Of a DNA stretch of 64,000 bases, positions 38,220 through 48,801 are shown in pieces (positions within the stretch are counted from its first letter, which is position 1; each line of letters begins with the position of its first letter). The position numbers and the translations under genes are program-made. The notes under the pieces are model-generated. The model saw only the letters and a program-made list of their open reading frames with translations, was not told the DNA's origin and did no database searches. Source of the stretch: an uncultured Ruminococcus sp. (GTDB lineage: Bacteria; Bacillota; Clostridia; Oscillospirales; Ruminococcaceae); the NCBI GenBank assembly GCA_900543145.1, contig UQPZ01000002.1:111497-175496 (forward strand), in the 5' to 3' direction.

Positions 38220-39902
38220 ATGAGTGAAAAGAAAATACCTGAAAACGACAGCTTTTCTGAGGAAACCGTATCCGCTCCCGTAGGAGATCTCCTTAAATAC
38301 GTTATATCGGCTGAAGGAGAGCCTGGCGATATTGATTGGAAGGATAATGGCGGTGAAAAGAATAAAAAGCTGAGCAAAAAGACAGAGGGTAAAAAGCTGA
38401 AGCACGGTCTTATGTCAACTATCCTGACGATCGTTTTTGTTGCGGTGGTAGTTCTTGTAAATATTGTTGCAACAGTTCTCTTTGACAGATATCCTATAAC
38501 AATAGACTTAACTGACGAAAAAATATACTCTATTTCTGAGGAGTCGGAGGAGTATGTCAAGAATATAGACGTAGATACGCTTATCACGGTATTTTCCGAT
38601 GAAGAAGCTTTTACCGGATTAAGCACCTATACAAAGCAGGCTGCTGAGGTTATGAAAAAATATACCCAGTACAACAGCAGAATAACCTACAGATATGTCG
38701 ATATTGATTCCAATCCGGATATTATGGCAGATTATCAGGCTAATTCTGTTTCTCAGTTCGATATTATCGTTGAAACAAATCCGACTGAAGACGTAAAGAG
38801 AACGAGAAAGATAACGCTTATGGATCTTGTGGACTTCAAGGACGAATTTGTTGAGCAAATGAGCAATACATACGGAACAACACTTGAGGCTATGGCTGAG
38901 CAGTACGGCGACCTTACGGTACTGAGCTATTACGGCGGATATGTAGAGGCTTCTACTGCGGATCAGGCGTTTGTATCGGCGTTTATGACGGTTACAGATC
39001 CGAATCCGGTAACGGTAACAATGCTTACCGGAAGAAACGAAAGCTCAAAGCTTGCGTATTTTCAGAAGCTGCTTGAGGCTAACGGCTATACTGTTAAAAC
39101 GGTCGATATAACCAAGGAGGAAATTCCTCAGGAAACGACGGTAGCGGTTATTCCCGCACCTCAGACTGATTATCTTGACGCTGAAATAGAAAAGGTAGAC
39201 AAGTTCCTTGACAACGAAGGAGAGCTTGGAAAGGAGCTGCTGTATCTTGCTTCGGCATCTCAGGGAAAAACTCCTAATCTGGACGAGTTTCTTAAAGAGT
39301 ACGGCATAGGGATAGGAGAAGGCGTCATTTGTGAAACGAGCAGCGATTATTATTATCAGATCCCTGCGATGACAGTAACAAATGAAATATCCGATAATTT
39401 CAATCAGGATATGACAACATCGGAGCCGGTCATTCTCAATTACTATTCCCGCCCTGTAAAGCTGCTGTTTGACGAAGAGGGGCAGATAGCGACAGAGGCA
39501 TATATAAAATCTACGGTAAACGGTTATACCATTGATATGGAATCCGGAGAAATTCTTGAAAAGGGACAGCAGGTTTATGCAGCTGTTGCTTCAAAGGCGC
39601 TGTTTCTTACTGACGGAGGAACAAATTACAGCAACGTTATCGTATTCGGTTCGGCGGACGCACTTTCCGACGTTTATTTAAGCTATTCCCAGTTCCAGAA
39701 CAGAGAGTATATTATCAGTCTGCTTAACGGAATTACTCATAAAACGGACGGTATCTATATTGAGCCGAAGGTTATTGAGGGAAATGTGTTCGATATTACC
39801 GACAAGCAGAAGAGCGTGCTTAAATGGACGTTTATACTTGTCATTCCCGCGGCAGTTCTTATTACGGGACTGATCATCTGGGTCAGAAGAAAGAACAGAT
39901 AA
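38220..39902 (+). CDS. GldG-like ABC-transporter-associated auxiliary protein
   Basis: N- and C-terminal TM anchors around a large extracytoplasmic domain, genetically linked to the ABC-2 permease. Start at MSEKKIP after AAGGAGGG. Confidence 0.6.
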   Translation: MSEKKIPENDSFSEETVSAPVGDLLKYVISAEGEPGDIDWKDNGGEKNKKLSKKTEGKKLKHGLMSTILTIVFVAVVVLVNIVATVLFDRYPITIDLTDEKIYSISEESEEYVKNIDVDTLITVFSDEEAFTGLSTYTKQAAEVMKKYTQYNSRITYRYVDIDSNPDIMADYQANSVSQFDIIVETNPTEDVKRTRKITLMDLVDFKDEFVEQMSNTYGTTLEAMAEQYGDLTVLSYYGGYVEASTADQAFVSAFMTVTDPNPVTVTMLTGRNESSKLAYFQKLLEANGYTVKTVDITKEEIPQETTVAVIPAPQTDYLDAEIEKVDKFLDNEGELGKELLYLASASQGKTPNLDEFLKEYGIGIGEGVICETSSDYYYQIPAMTVTNEISDNFNQDMTTSEPVILNYYSRPVKLLFDEEGQIATEAYIKSTVNGYTIDMESGEILEKGQQVYAAVASKALFLTDGGTNYSNVIVFGSADALSDVYLSYSQFQNREYIISLLNGITHKTDGIYIEPKVIEGNVFDITDKQKSVLKWTFILVIPAAVLITGLIIWVRRKNR

Positions 39903-39953
39903 GCTAAAACTGCGAAAGGAGAAACGCTCTGTTACGGGAGAGCGGAAACGTAT

Positions 39954-41426
39954 ATGAACGGAAAAGTACAAGGAATTATTGTATGCGGAGTTATAATCGC
40001 CTGCCTGGGAGGAACGCTGGCGTTTCTCAATGCGACTGGCTCAGAAGATCCAACAAAGGCGGACAGCTCTTCGCAGACAGTAAAGGAGGAGTCTGAGGAT
40101 ACATCGGTGCTTCTGATAGATTCCTCTTCGGATAAGATAAAGAGTATTTCGGCAGAGAACGAATACGGAAGCTTTACAATGAGCAGACCGGCTTCGGGAA
40201 AGACAGCATGGAGTATAGAAGAGCTTAACGGTATAAATCAGTCGTCAACTCTTCTGTCGGGCATGGCTGAAAATGTCGCTCAGTTTACAGCGTATAAGAC
40301 CGTAGAGGAAAACGCCTCCGACCTGAGCAAGTACGGTTTTGAGAAGCCTTCCGGGGAATTTACCGTTGAGTTTTCCGACGGAACATCAAGGACCTTTTCG
40401 GTAGGCGACGTTTCAACAAAGGCACGCTACCGCTATATCTGTGAAAAAGGGAAAAGCGATGTCTACATGATCCTCAATTCAAAGGTTTCGTATTTTATAG
40501 AACCGAAGGAGAATTTTGTAAACACTTCTCTTATTGAAAAGCCGAGCGACAGTGATATGCCTGATTACGGAACGCTTACGATCCATAGGTCAGATCTTGA
40601 TTACGATATGGTTTTTGAAAACGATCCGTACGATAAGACCGATATGGTTTCGTCGCAGGTTATGACCGAGCCTATCTTTTCGTATCTTAATGTTTCGGTA
40701 TCGTCTGGAATTACTCATGGAATGTGGGGACTTTCAGCTGAAGCCTGTGAAAAGATATTTCCCGGGGAAGAGGATTTTAAGGAATACGGAATCGACAAGC
40801 CTGCTGCGGAGGTAAGCTTCAAGGGCAACGGCTATGATTATAAGCTGAAGATAGGAAACGCAGTTTACAAGGTCAACGACGAGGGCGAGGATACCGACGA
40901 GATAGAAGCCTATTACTGCTATCTTACTGGTTCGGACGGAATAGACTGTATATGGAAGATCTCTGCGTCCAGTCTTCCGTGGACAACAGTGCTTCCCGGG
41001 GACGTTGTAACATCTCTTATGACTACCAACAATATTATGGACGTTTCCGAGGTAACGGTCAAGTCAAAGGATAAGGATATAAAATATGCCATTGACAGTG
41101 ACGGCGAAAGCACTGTAAAATCCGTTAAGATGAACGGAGAGGACGTTGACGTAAGCTTGTTCCAGGATCTTTATAAGTTCCTGCTGACCTGTCCGACAAG
41201 TGAGATCTATTTTGACGAGCCTCAGGGTGAAAGTTATCTTACGATTGAAATATCCTGTAAGGACGGCTACAACGACGTTATGGAATTCTATACCGACAGT
41301 TCAAGACGCACGGTCGTAGTGCTTAACGGCAGACCTTCGTTCAGGATACAAACCAAATGGACAGACAGGTTCATTGAAAATATAGATAATGTAAAAAACG
41401 GTGAAAAGGTAATTGACACCTACTGA
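39954..41426 (+). CDS. DUF4340-domain protein (usual partner of GldG-like proteins)
   Basis: N-terminal TM helix, 490 aa, conserved gene order after the GldG-like gene. Confidence 0.5.
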   Translation: MNGKVQGIIVCGVIIACLGGTLAFLNATGSEDPTKADSSSQTVKEESEDTSVLLIDSSSDKIKSISAENEYGSFTMSRPASGKTAWSIEELNGINQSSTLLSGMAENVAQFTAYKTVEENASDLSKYGFEKPSGEFTVEFSDGTSRTFSVGDVSTKARYRYICEKGKSDVYMILNSKVSYFIEPKENFVNTSLIEKPSDSDMPDYGTLTIHRSDLDYDMVFENDPYDKTDMVSSQVMTEPIFSYLNVSVSSGITHGMWGLSAEACEKIFPGEEDFKEYGIDKPAAEVSFKGNGYDYKLKIGNAVYKVNDEGEDTDEIEAYYCYLTGSDGIDCIWKISASSLPWTTVLPGDVVTSLMTTNNIMDVSEVTVKSKDKDIKYAIDSDGESTVKSVKMNGEDVDVSLFQDLYKFLLTCPTSEIYFDEPQGESYLTIEISCKDGYNDVMEFYTDSSRRTVVVLNGRPSFRIQTKWTDRFIENIDNVKNGEKVIDTY

Positions 41427-41636
41427 TTCTGACAGATTATGCGGTTGTACCGGAGTATAATAATAAACGCCGCGGTTTCAGCAGATAGGAAAAAATATTT
41501 TAAAAGCTCTTCACAAAAGAGAAAAAATATGTTATAATAGCTTTGAAGCAGGTGTAAAGCCGCAGAAATGACAAAGCTTAATGACAGTGATAACAGACAG
41601 AATAAATATAATCATCATTGGTAAGGAGGAGATATA

Positions 41637-41918
41637 ATGGCAGAAACAAAAAAAGCGTTTTTCACCTACAAGGGCGTTCCGCTGGTGAGAAAGGGAAATA
41701 CAATTTATTTCGGAAATATGTATGACGACTATGTTGTCATGATTGAAATTCTCGGAACTGAAAAGCAGGGACAAATAGATGTTGCCAATAAAGTAAGGCT
41801 GAGGAAAATGGCTACCGACATAACGCTTCCGCCTAACGAGCAGATAGTAAAAAAAGCAGAGAAGTCCAGCCTATACGAGGCGCTGGATATGGCGTGTGCG
41901 TGGCTTAAAATTTCGTAA
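41637..41918 (+). CDS. Hypothetical protein (93 aa)
   Basis: RBS AAGGAGGAG. Followed by an intrinsic terminator. Confidence 0.45.
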   Translation: MAETKKAFFTYKGVPLVRKGNTIYFGNMYDDYVVMIEILGTEKQGQIDVANKVRLRKMATDITLPPNEQIVKKAEKSSLYEALDMACAWLKIS

Positions 41919-41926
41919 TAAAAATG

Positions 41927-41963
41927 CAGTCCGGTTCATAATACGAATCGGACTGATTTTTTT
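41927..41963. terminator. Bidirectional Rho-independent terminator
   Basis: CAGTCCG-gttcataatacgaat-CGGACTG followed by ATTTTTTTAT. Confidence 0.6.
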
Positions 41964-41973
41964 ATGATCAGGT

Positions 41974-42495
41974 TCAATATTCAATTCCCCGTCTTGCCGG
42001 AATTCCTTTATCGAACGGGTGCTTTACCGCTTTTATTTCACTTATATAATCAGCATTATCGGTAAACAGCGGAGCGGGATCTCTGCCTGTTACAACAAGC
42101 TCAAGAGGCTCGGGCTTATGTATAATAAGCTCCTCTATGAGTTTTTTGTCTATCAGATCCATGTCGTAAGCGTAGGTCAGCTCGTCCAGAATAAGCATTC
42201 CGCACTGCCCGGAACGAACCGAAGCAAGCGCCTTGTTGAGATTTTCATTGTGCATTTTTCTGCATTGCTCTTTCTGCTCCTCTGTCATCTGAAAAACAAA
42301 GCCAAGATCCCTCTCGTTTCTCAGCACCGTTATGCCGTCAAGCTGATCAAGAATATTCAGCTCGCCGCTTTCTGCACCTTTCAGAAACTGGACTATATAT
42401 ACCTTTCCTCCGGCTCCCGCAAAGCGTAGTGCAAGACCCAATGCCGAGGTAGTTTTACCTTTTCCGTCGCCGCAGCAGCAATGAATAAGTCCCAT
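41974..42495 (-). CDS. cobO: Cob(I)yrinic acid a,c-diamide adenosyltransferase (CobO/BtuR type)
   Basis: MGLIHCCCGDGKGKTTSALGLALRFAG is the P-loop of CobA/CobO-family corrinoid adenosyltransferases. Confidence 0.75.
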   Translation of the reverse strand: MGLIHCCCGDGKGKTTSALGLALRFAGAGGKVYIVQFLKGAESGELNILDQLDGITVLRNERDLGFVFQMTEEQKEQCRKMHNENLNKALASVRSGQCGMLILDELTYAYDMDLIDKKLIEELIIHKPEPLELVVTGRDPAPLFTDNADYISEIKAVKHPFDKGIPARRGIEY

Positions 42496-42512
42496 AACTA
42501 AACCGCCTTGTT

Positions 42513-43490
42513 TTAAATAATAAGCAGGAAAGCCGTTCTTATCAGAGCAAACAGTATGAAGCTTGCGAATACCGTTCCGTACATAAGCTGATTTGCCCAG
42601 TAAATATCGTTGGGCTGACAGGGCTTGAGCTGTTCTCCGATAAAACGATTCCGTAAAGTTTTTCCGCTGTAGTATTCCTCTTTTATAAGCTGAATATCCA
42701 ACGCTCCCGCCATTATGCTGCGGGCAGTTCCAAGATTCGGTTTTGACAGCTTTTTGCGGTCGCGCTTATAAATACGTCGGCAGTTTTCGTGATCGAGCTT
42801 CAGGAATTTAACGTCAAGCTTCAGCAGCAGACCACAGATCTTAGAAGGTATATAATTAAGTATGCTCCAAAGACTGCGTGACGGTCTGCCGAAATCTATG
42901 TATTCATCGGTAAATACTCCTATTTTCCTGTTGAGAACGCTAAGACAGCGGTAGAACATTCCGCCGAAGCCTCCGCCCAGCGCAATGAAAAACAGCGTGC
43001 CTGCTCCGTTATCCGCAGAACAGTCCGCGGCGCATTCCACAGCTTTTTTGATTATCTGGTCTCCGTCAAGGTCTGAACAGTCCGTGCCGGTAAGCTTTTC
43101 AAGGCTTTTCTGAGCGCGCTCGGAATTTCCTGAGCGTACCGCTCTGAATATCCTGCTTAGTTCAAGTCTGGTATCTCTAACGGAAAATGCGAGCCAGCAG
43201 AAAAAGCAGTCCAGGATCAGTCCGATAACCGGAAAGAACAGGTAACCTAAGATCATCAGCGCAAGGGGTATTCCGGCGAAGATCAGCAGGACAAAAAAGA
43301 TAAGCACCGCGCCTGCCATACGCTTAGCTTCGGGGGTATCCTCGTAAAATTTTCTCAGGGTCTTTTCAAGTCTCAACGCAAAGGCGCAAACAAAATTTTC
43401 AGGATCAAGAAAGCCCTTGGGAGCGCCGAACATAAGGTTGATCACAAAGCCTGCGCTCATAGCGGCAACGGTATTTAATATCATGCGCAA
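42513..43490 (-). CDS. cbiB: Adenosylcobinamide-phosphate synthase CbiB/CobD
   Basis: Multi-TM protein with a CobD/CbiB-family N-terminus MRMILNTVAAMSAGFVINLMFGAPKG. Confidence 0.75.
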   Translation of the reverse strand: MRMILNTVAAMSAGFVINLMFGAPKGFLDPENFVCAFALRLEKTLRKFYEDTPEAKRMAGAVLIFFVLLIFAGIPLALMILGYLFFPVIGLILDCFFCWLAFSVRDTRLELSRIFRAVRSGNSERAQKSLEKLTGTDCSDLDGDQIIKKAVECAADCSADNGAGTLFFIALGGGFGGMFYRCLSVLNRKIGVFTDEYIDFGRPSRSLWSILNYIPSKICGLLLKLDVKFLKLDHENCRRIYKRDRKKLSKPNLGTARSIMAGALDIQLIKEEYYSGKTLRNRFIGEQLKPCQPNDIYWANQLMYGTVFASFILFALIRTAFLLII

Positions 43491-43523
43491 AAATCCTTTC
43501 CGATATATAATTGTATTAGAATA

Positions 43524-43552
43524 ATTATAACACAGGCACGGCTATTATTCAA
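43524..43552 (-). promoter_or_regulatory. Sigma-A-type promoter for cbiB-cobO (minus strand): TTGAAT-17 nt-TATAAT
   Basis: The reverse complement reads TTGAATaatagccgtgcctgtgtTATAAT. The leader of only about 27 nt is too short for a cobalamin riboswitch. Confidence 0.45.
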
Positions 43553-43758
43553 GTAAAAACCTGCACATTTTCTTATTTTTCTTTATATTCTGCGGCAGGG
43601 CCGGCGGGAGTTTTTCGTTGTTTTATTGATAAAAGGAAGCCTTGCGCAGGGTTTTTTACAGCAAAACAACAAAGTTTTATCCCTGCCCTTTACATTTCAG
43701 AGACAGTGTGATATTATACTATTATGCTAAAGCAATAGTACGGAAAGGATGTATATTA

Positions 43759-44601
43759 ATGAAAAAGTATATTTTATCGGCAGTATGCGCCGCGGTTCTT
43801 ATGCTGGCTGGCTGCGGTTCGTCGGATTCCTCGTCGCAGGCAGATAATGCTTCAAAGGCTGGCGGTTCAAGCACGGCCGATGGCAGCGATCAGTCGCTTC
43901 AGAAGGTTCTTGACAACGGGAAGCTTGTCCTTGGTCTTGACGCTACGTTCAAGCCTATGGGTTATACAGATGAGAACGATCAGGTAGTAGGCTTCGATAT
44001 CGACGTTGCGGCGGAGGTATGCTCCCGTCTTGGGGTTACTCTTGAAACCTACGGCGTAAACTGGGATACTAAGGAGGTAGACCTTGACGCAGGAACGATA
44101 GACTGTGTCTGGAACGGTCTTTCGGTAAGTGAGGAAAGACAGAAGGTAATGCTGATGTCAGAGCCTTATATGAAAAATAAGATGGTGTTTGTTGTTAACT
44201 CAGACAGCGATATTTCATCACTTGACGACCTAAAGGGCAAAACGGTAACTGTTCAGAACGGATCTACCGCTCAGGAAACTCTGGCAGCAGCGGATATAGC
44301 TTCGGATATAACCGTTTCCGAGCTTGCCACTAACGTTGAGGCTCTGAACCAGCTTGAGCTTGGAATGTGCGACGCGGCTTTTCTCGATTCGGTAGTTGCG
44401 GATTATGAGATCAATTCCGGAAGAGCGTTCAAGGTCCTTGACGAGGGGCTTTATGAGGAAGATTACGCTATCGGCTTCAGGCTCGGCGATAAGGCTCTGT
44501 GCGATAAGGTAAACGAGATACTCAGGGAAATGAAAGCAGACGGAAAGCTTGCCGAGATCTCAACAAAGTGGTTCGGAAGCGACGTTACAACTATAGGATA
44601 A
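43759..44601 (+). CDS. Amino-acid ABC transporter substrate-binding lipoprotein
   Basis: Lipobox LMLAGCGS and an SBP_bac_3-like pattern. Start at MKKYIL after AAAGGATG. Confidence 0.75.
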   Translation: MKKYILSAVCAAVLMLAGCGSSDSSSQADNASKAGGSSTADGSDQSLQKVLDNGKLVLGLDATFKPMGYTDENDQVVGFDIDVAAEVCSRLGVTLETYGVNWDTKEVDLDAGTIDCVWNGLSVSEERQKVMLMSEPYMKNKMVFVVNSDSDISSLDDLKGKTVTVQNGSTAQETLAAADIASDITVSELATNVEALNQLELGMCDAAFLDSVVADYEINSGRAFKVLDEGLYEEDYAIGFRLGDKALCDKVNEILREMKADGKLAEISTKWFGSDVTTIG

Positions 44602-44623
44602 TTTGATCCCGCATTGAAAGATC

Positions 44624-44664
44624 GGGCGGATACAGTACAGTCTGTATCCGCCCGTTATTTTTTT
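44624..44664. terminator. Bidirectional Rho-independent terminator
   Basis: GGGCGGATACAG-tacagt-CTGTATCCGCCC followed by GTTATTTTTTTA. Confidence 0.75.
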
Positions 44665-44675
44665 ATCGGAAATCA

Positions 44676-45974
44676 TTATTTGTATTTTGAAGTTATGCCC
44701 AGATATTCCTCAAGACACTTTCCGCTTTTTTCTACTGCCTTCGCGGTTTTAACGCCAAGGTAACGGATGTGCCAAGGCTCGTATTTATAGCCGGTCACGC
44801 TTTCCTTATTTTTAGGATAGCGTATTATGAAGCCGTAATCGGAGCAGTTGGCGGCAAGCCACTTTGCTTCCTTTGTTCCCTCAAAAGACGAGCTAGCGTT
44901 GTTTACGTCCATAGCCAGTCCCGTTTGATGCTCGCTGTGCCCTGGTCTTGCCGAATATCTGTCTGCCGCGGCTTTTCCGTCCCGTGCAGCATAGCTTGAA
45001 TACAAATATTTCTGATAAGAATATGAACGGAAGCCGGAGCATATCCAAAGGTTTATTCCGTCTTTCCAAGCCGCTTGCTGCATTTTATAAAAAGCGTTTA
45101 AAACGGCTTTGTTCATATCCGGATTATATTTTGACGGAAGGGCATAGGTCTTATTTGCGATAAGTATTCCCTCCACATATGTAACGCCGTTTTTCTTTAT
45201 GATCTCCGGCTTAGTGGTAACGCTGAAGCTGTTTCCGAACGACCCAAAGTGATTCTTTCTGTCAGCGTCGCATTTATAGGCGCGTATTCTGAATTTGTAC
45301 TGAGTTCCCCGTTTCAGTCCCGAAATGCGGCATTGGTCAGCTGACGGATCCTTTACCGTAGTAATATGCTGCCACTTTTTTGCGTCGGGACTGTACATAT
45401 AGATCTGATATCCGTTACAGGTCACCGGCTTCCAGAATAGCCTTACTGCATCGTAGGTGCGGTTGGCTTTTGTTATATTTAACTTCTGCGGCTTTACAGC
45501 AGTACATATCGTATTTGAATATTCGCTCCAGTAATTTACTCCGTCGGCCTTGACATAGCTTTTTACCTTGTACTTATAGGCTGTTCCCGGGGAAACCTTT
45601 TTGTCGGTCCACGAAAAGGTATTATTGTTTTTTACAGACGTTTGGCTGATAAAGCTGCCTGTTTTAAAGTCATAGCGGTAAATGCGGTAGCCTGTTGCTC
45701 CTTTTACCTTTGACCAGTTCACAGTTACTGATCTGTCAGAAGAGCTAAGGGAAATAAGCTCGGGGGCGTTGGGAGCAGCTGTTTTCAGAGCTGACAAAAG
45801 ACAGTCCGAGGCAGCTTCGGATATTGAATACACAGCCGCACAGCTTTTCTTATACAAACTGTTTTCTTCGTTCGCAGCAGCTGCCGCAGGGAAAACAGTC
45901 TGCGTTCCGACAGAAGCAGCGGCGATAAGCGAGGCTGAAAGCGAAATTATATACTTCAGGATCATAACAATCAC
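44676..45974 (-). CDS. VanY-type D-alanyl-D-alanine carboxypeptidase with two fibronectin type III domains
   Basis: Signal peptide, two FN3-like repeats (each with WSEYS or a similar motif), and VanY motifs SGFRSY, GHSEHQTGLAMD and EPWHIRY. Confidence 0.8.
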   Translation of the reverse strand: MIVMILKYIISLSASLIAAASVGTQTVFPAAAAANEENSLYKKSCAAVYSISEAASDCLLSALKTAAPNAPELISLSSSDRSVTVNWSKVKGATGYRIYRYDFKTGSFISQTSVKNNNTFSWTDKKVSPGTAYKYKVKSYVKADGVNYWSEYSNTICTAVKPQKLNITKANRTYDAVRLFWKPVTCNGYQIYMYSPDAKKWQHITTVKDPSADQCRISGLKRGTQYKFRIRAYKCDADRKNHFGSFGNSFSVTTKPEIIKKNGVTYVEGILIANKTYALPSKYNPDMNKAVLNAFYKMQQAAWKDGINLWICSGFRSYSYQKYLYSSYAARDGKAAADRYSARPGHSEHQTGLAMDVNNASSSFEGTKEAKWLAANCSDYGFIIRYPKNKESVTGYKYEPWHIRYLGVKTAKAVEKSGKCLEEYLGITSKYK

Positions 45975-46233
45975 CTGTCCTTTCAGGGTAGAATAAACGG
46001 CTTATTTATTTAATTTAATTATAGCATAAGAGAGGTTTTTTTCAATATCCCGCCGCAATATTAAGAAATATAAGTATAGGATCGGTGAATTGAATAAAAA
46101 GCTGCGGTATAAAAGGTAAAAATGCCGAAATAAGAGTTAATTTTATTAAAAGCTCTTTTCAAACGGTGAAAAATGTTGTATAATAAAATTAATAATACCA
46201 ACTTGATTTTTTCGGAAAGGAACGGGTTTCACT

Positions 46234-46686
46234 ATGAAAAATGAAATTACCGTAAAGATTTTCAGCAGAGAATTTCATCTTCTGACTGATGAAACAAAGG
46301 AGTATACTGACAGGCTTGCGGCGGAGCTTAATAAGAAAATGTCTGAGCTTTTAAAAGCAAAGCCTACGCTGTCGCTTCAGGACGCTTCTGCACTCGTTTG
46401 TCTTGATCTCTGCGACGAGCTTGTAAAGGCAAGACAGAATATCGAAAATATCCGCTCTCAGATAAAGGACTATGTAGATGACGCAGGAGAAGCGCGCAGT
46501 GCGGCGGACGAGGCTCAGAAGGAGCTTAGAACGCTCAGGGAGAGAGTTTCTCAGCTTGAAAAGGAGGTCAGCCTGAGAAAATCGCTGTCGGCGGAGAGCG
46601 AAAAGCTATCGGCAAAGGATATGATCTCTCAGGATATAAACAAGGCGCTTGAGAATAAGTATCCGTATAATTACGGCAAAAAGTAA
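46234..46686 (+). CDS. zapA: Cell division protein ZapA
   Basis: ZapA-like N-terminal domain ITVKIFSREFHLLTDETKEYTDRLAAELNKKM and a C-terminal coiled coil. Confidence 0.6.
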   Translation: MKNEITVKIFSREFHLLTDETKEYTDRLAAELNKKMSELLKAKPTLSLQDASALVCLDLCDELVKARQNIENIRSQIKDYVDDAGEARSAADEAQKELRTLRERVSQLEKEVSLRKSLSAESEKLSAKDMISQDINKALENKYPYNYGKK

Positions 46687-48749
46687 TGGCGGAAATATTA
46701 GCGCCCTGCGGAAGCCGAGAGGCTCTTGACGCCGCACTCAGAACAGGATGTACCGCCGTTTATCTGGGGGGAGAGGCTTTTTCCGCAAGGCAGAACGCAG
46801 CAAACTTTGATAAAGACGGGCTGAAAAATGCGGTTTACGGCTGCCATGTACGGGGAGTAAAGGTTTATCAGGCTATAAATACTATAGTTACCGACGGACA
46901 GCTAGAAGCGCTGGCGGACGAAGTAAAAGCTGCCTGTGAAATTGGAGTAGACGGACTTATTACGCAGGATCTGGCGCTGGTTCGTATTGTAAGGGAATGT
47001 TGTCCCGATATGGAGATTCACGCTTCGACTCAGATGACCCTGCACACCGAGAGAGGCGTCCTTCTGGCAAAGGAAACGGGCTTTTCAAGAGCCGTTGTTT
47101 CAAGAGAGCTTAATGCGGATATTATAAAACAGCTTTGCACGCTTCCTGTAGAAACAGAGGTTTTCGTGCATGGCGCGCTTTGTATGTCCGTTTCAGGACA
47201 ATGCTATATGAGCGCAGTCATAGGCTCGAGAAGCGCAAACAGGGGTCTTTGCGCCCAGGCCTGCCGGCTTCCTGCTTCTGCGGCGGAAAATCAGACGGAC
47301 AGGTACGATCTGTCGCTTAAGGATATGTCTTATATGGGTCATATCCGTGAGCTTGAGGAGTTCGGCGCCGCTTCTTTTAAAATCGAGGGAAGAATGAAGC
47401 GTCCCGAATATGTAGCCTGTGCTGTGGATTCGCTCAGAAAAGCGCTGAACGGAGAGAAATACGACATAAAAAGGCTTGAAAACGTATTTTCCCGCAGCGG
47501 ATTCACCGACGGCTACTATACCGGCAGGACAGGCAGAAAAATGTTCGGCTACAGACAGAAGGAGGACGTAATATCTTCGGCTGAGGTCATACCGCAGATA
47601 CATGAGCTTTACAGGCAGGAATACAAAAGAAGCGGTATATACTTTTATATCTGTATCAGGATAAATGAAAGGGTATATCTTTCAGCGTCCGACGATAACG
47701 GGATAACGGCGGAGGTATGCGGTGAAAAGACTGAAGCGGCTGTAAACCGTCCTGCCGACGAGGAGTTTATACAAAAACAGCTTTCAAAGCTTGGAGGTAC
47801 TATTTACCGTTTCGGAGGACTGACTGCTGAAATTCAGGAGGGGGCAGCCTGTACCGCTTCTCAGCTTAATTCTCTCAGGCGTGAGGTCTGCGCCGCTCTG
47901 GATAAGAAGAGATATGGATTTTTCACCAAAAAGCCTGCATTTACGCATAAGAAGTTTGATATAATTAAAGCTGAAAAAAGTGCGGCTCCCGAACTGAGAG
48001 TTTCGGTCCGTGATATAGCTCAGCTTTCAGAAACGGATTGGGATAGGATAAGCCTTGCAGTGTGTCCTTTAAGAGCGCTTGAAAGGGCGTTTGAAGGCGG
48101 CCTGCCCGGGTATGCTGATTCGGAGAAGCTTGCGGCTGAAATGCCCAGATTTACCTTTGACGAGAAGAAGGATTTTGAAAAGCTGAAAAGACTGAAGGAA
48201 CAGGGGATAGCTCATATCGTCTGCACCAACTACGCTCATATTTCCATGGGCAGGGAGCTTGGAATGACAATGCACGGCGGTTTCGGACTGAACGCTGCTA
48301 ATTCCCTTGCGCTGGAAGAGCTTAAAAGGCTCGGTTTAAGTGACTGTATAGTTTCCTTTGAGCTTAAAGCAGGTCAGATAAACGAGCTGGGCGGAGGACT
48401 TGACTTCGGAATAATAGGCTACGGCAGGCTCCCGCTAATGCTTGCGGTAAACTGTCCTGTTAAGCAGTCGCAGGGCTGTAAGAACTGTACGCACGGAATA
48501 TGGGACAGAACTAAGAGATTTTTTCCGATCAGATGTTCAAAGGAGCAGGGATACGTTGAGGTGCTTAATTCGGACGTCTTATATATCGGCGACAAACTTG
48601 ACGATTTCAGGACGGCGAAGTTTATTCAGCTTGATTTCTTTGACGAAGCGCCGGAGCAGACTGCGAGGATAACGGAAACGTTTATGGCTGGCGAGAAGCC
48701 TGAGGATATGCGGCTTACCAGAGGACTTTACTACAGAGGGATATTGTAA
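46686..48749 (+). CDS. Peptidase U32 family protein (collagenase-like)
   Basis: U32 signature EVFVHGALCMSVSGQCYMS. Confidence 0.8.
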   Translation: MAEILAPCGSREALDAALRTGCTAVYLGGEAFSARQNAANFDKDGLKNAVYGCHVRGVKVYQAINTIVTDGQLEALADEVKAACEIGVDGLITQDLALVRIVRECCPDMEIHASTQMTLHTERGVLLAKETGFSRAVVSRELNADIIKQLCTLPVETEVFVHGALCMSVSGQCYMSAVIGSRSANRGLCAQACRLPASAAENQTDRYDLSLKDMSYMGHIRELEEFGAASFKIEGRMKRPEYVACAVDSLRKALNGEKYDIKRLENVFSRSGFTDGYYTGRTGRKMFGYRQKEDVISSAEVIPQIHELYRQEYKRSGIYFYICIRINERVYLSASDDNGITAEVCGEKTEAAVNRPADEEFIQKQLSKLGGTIYRFGGLTAEIQEGAACTASQLNSLRREVCAALDKKRYGFFTKKPAFTHKKFDIIKAEKSAAPELRVSVRDIAQLSETDWDRISLAVCPLRALERAFEGGLPGYADSEKLAAEMPRFTFDEKKDFEKLKRLKEQGIAHIVCTNYAHISMGRELGMTMHGGFGLNAANSLALEELKRLGLSDCIVSFELKAGQINELGGGLDFGIIGYGRLPLMLAVNCPVKQSQGCKNCTHGIWDRTKRFFPIRCSKEQGYVEVLNSDVLYIGDKLDDFRTAKFIQLDFFDEAPEQTARITETFMAGEKPEDMRLTRGLYYRGIL

Positions 48750-48801
48750 AATTGAAACCGAAAAAGGAGAAGCTTCTTACAGTAATGAAGCGTGATAATA
48801 T

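Noticed and set aside
43491-43640. Cobalamin riboswitch upstream of cbiB-cobO
   Set aside because: No B12-box (GCCACTG) or conserved riboswitch core was found. The promoter lies only about 27 nt from the start codon.
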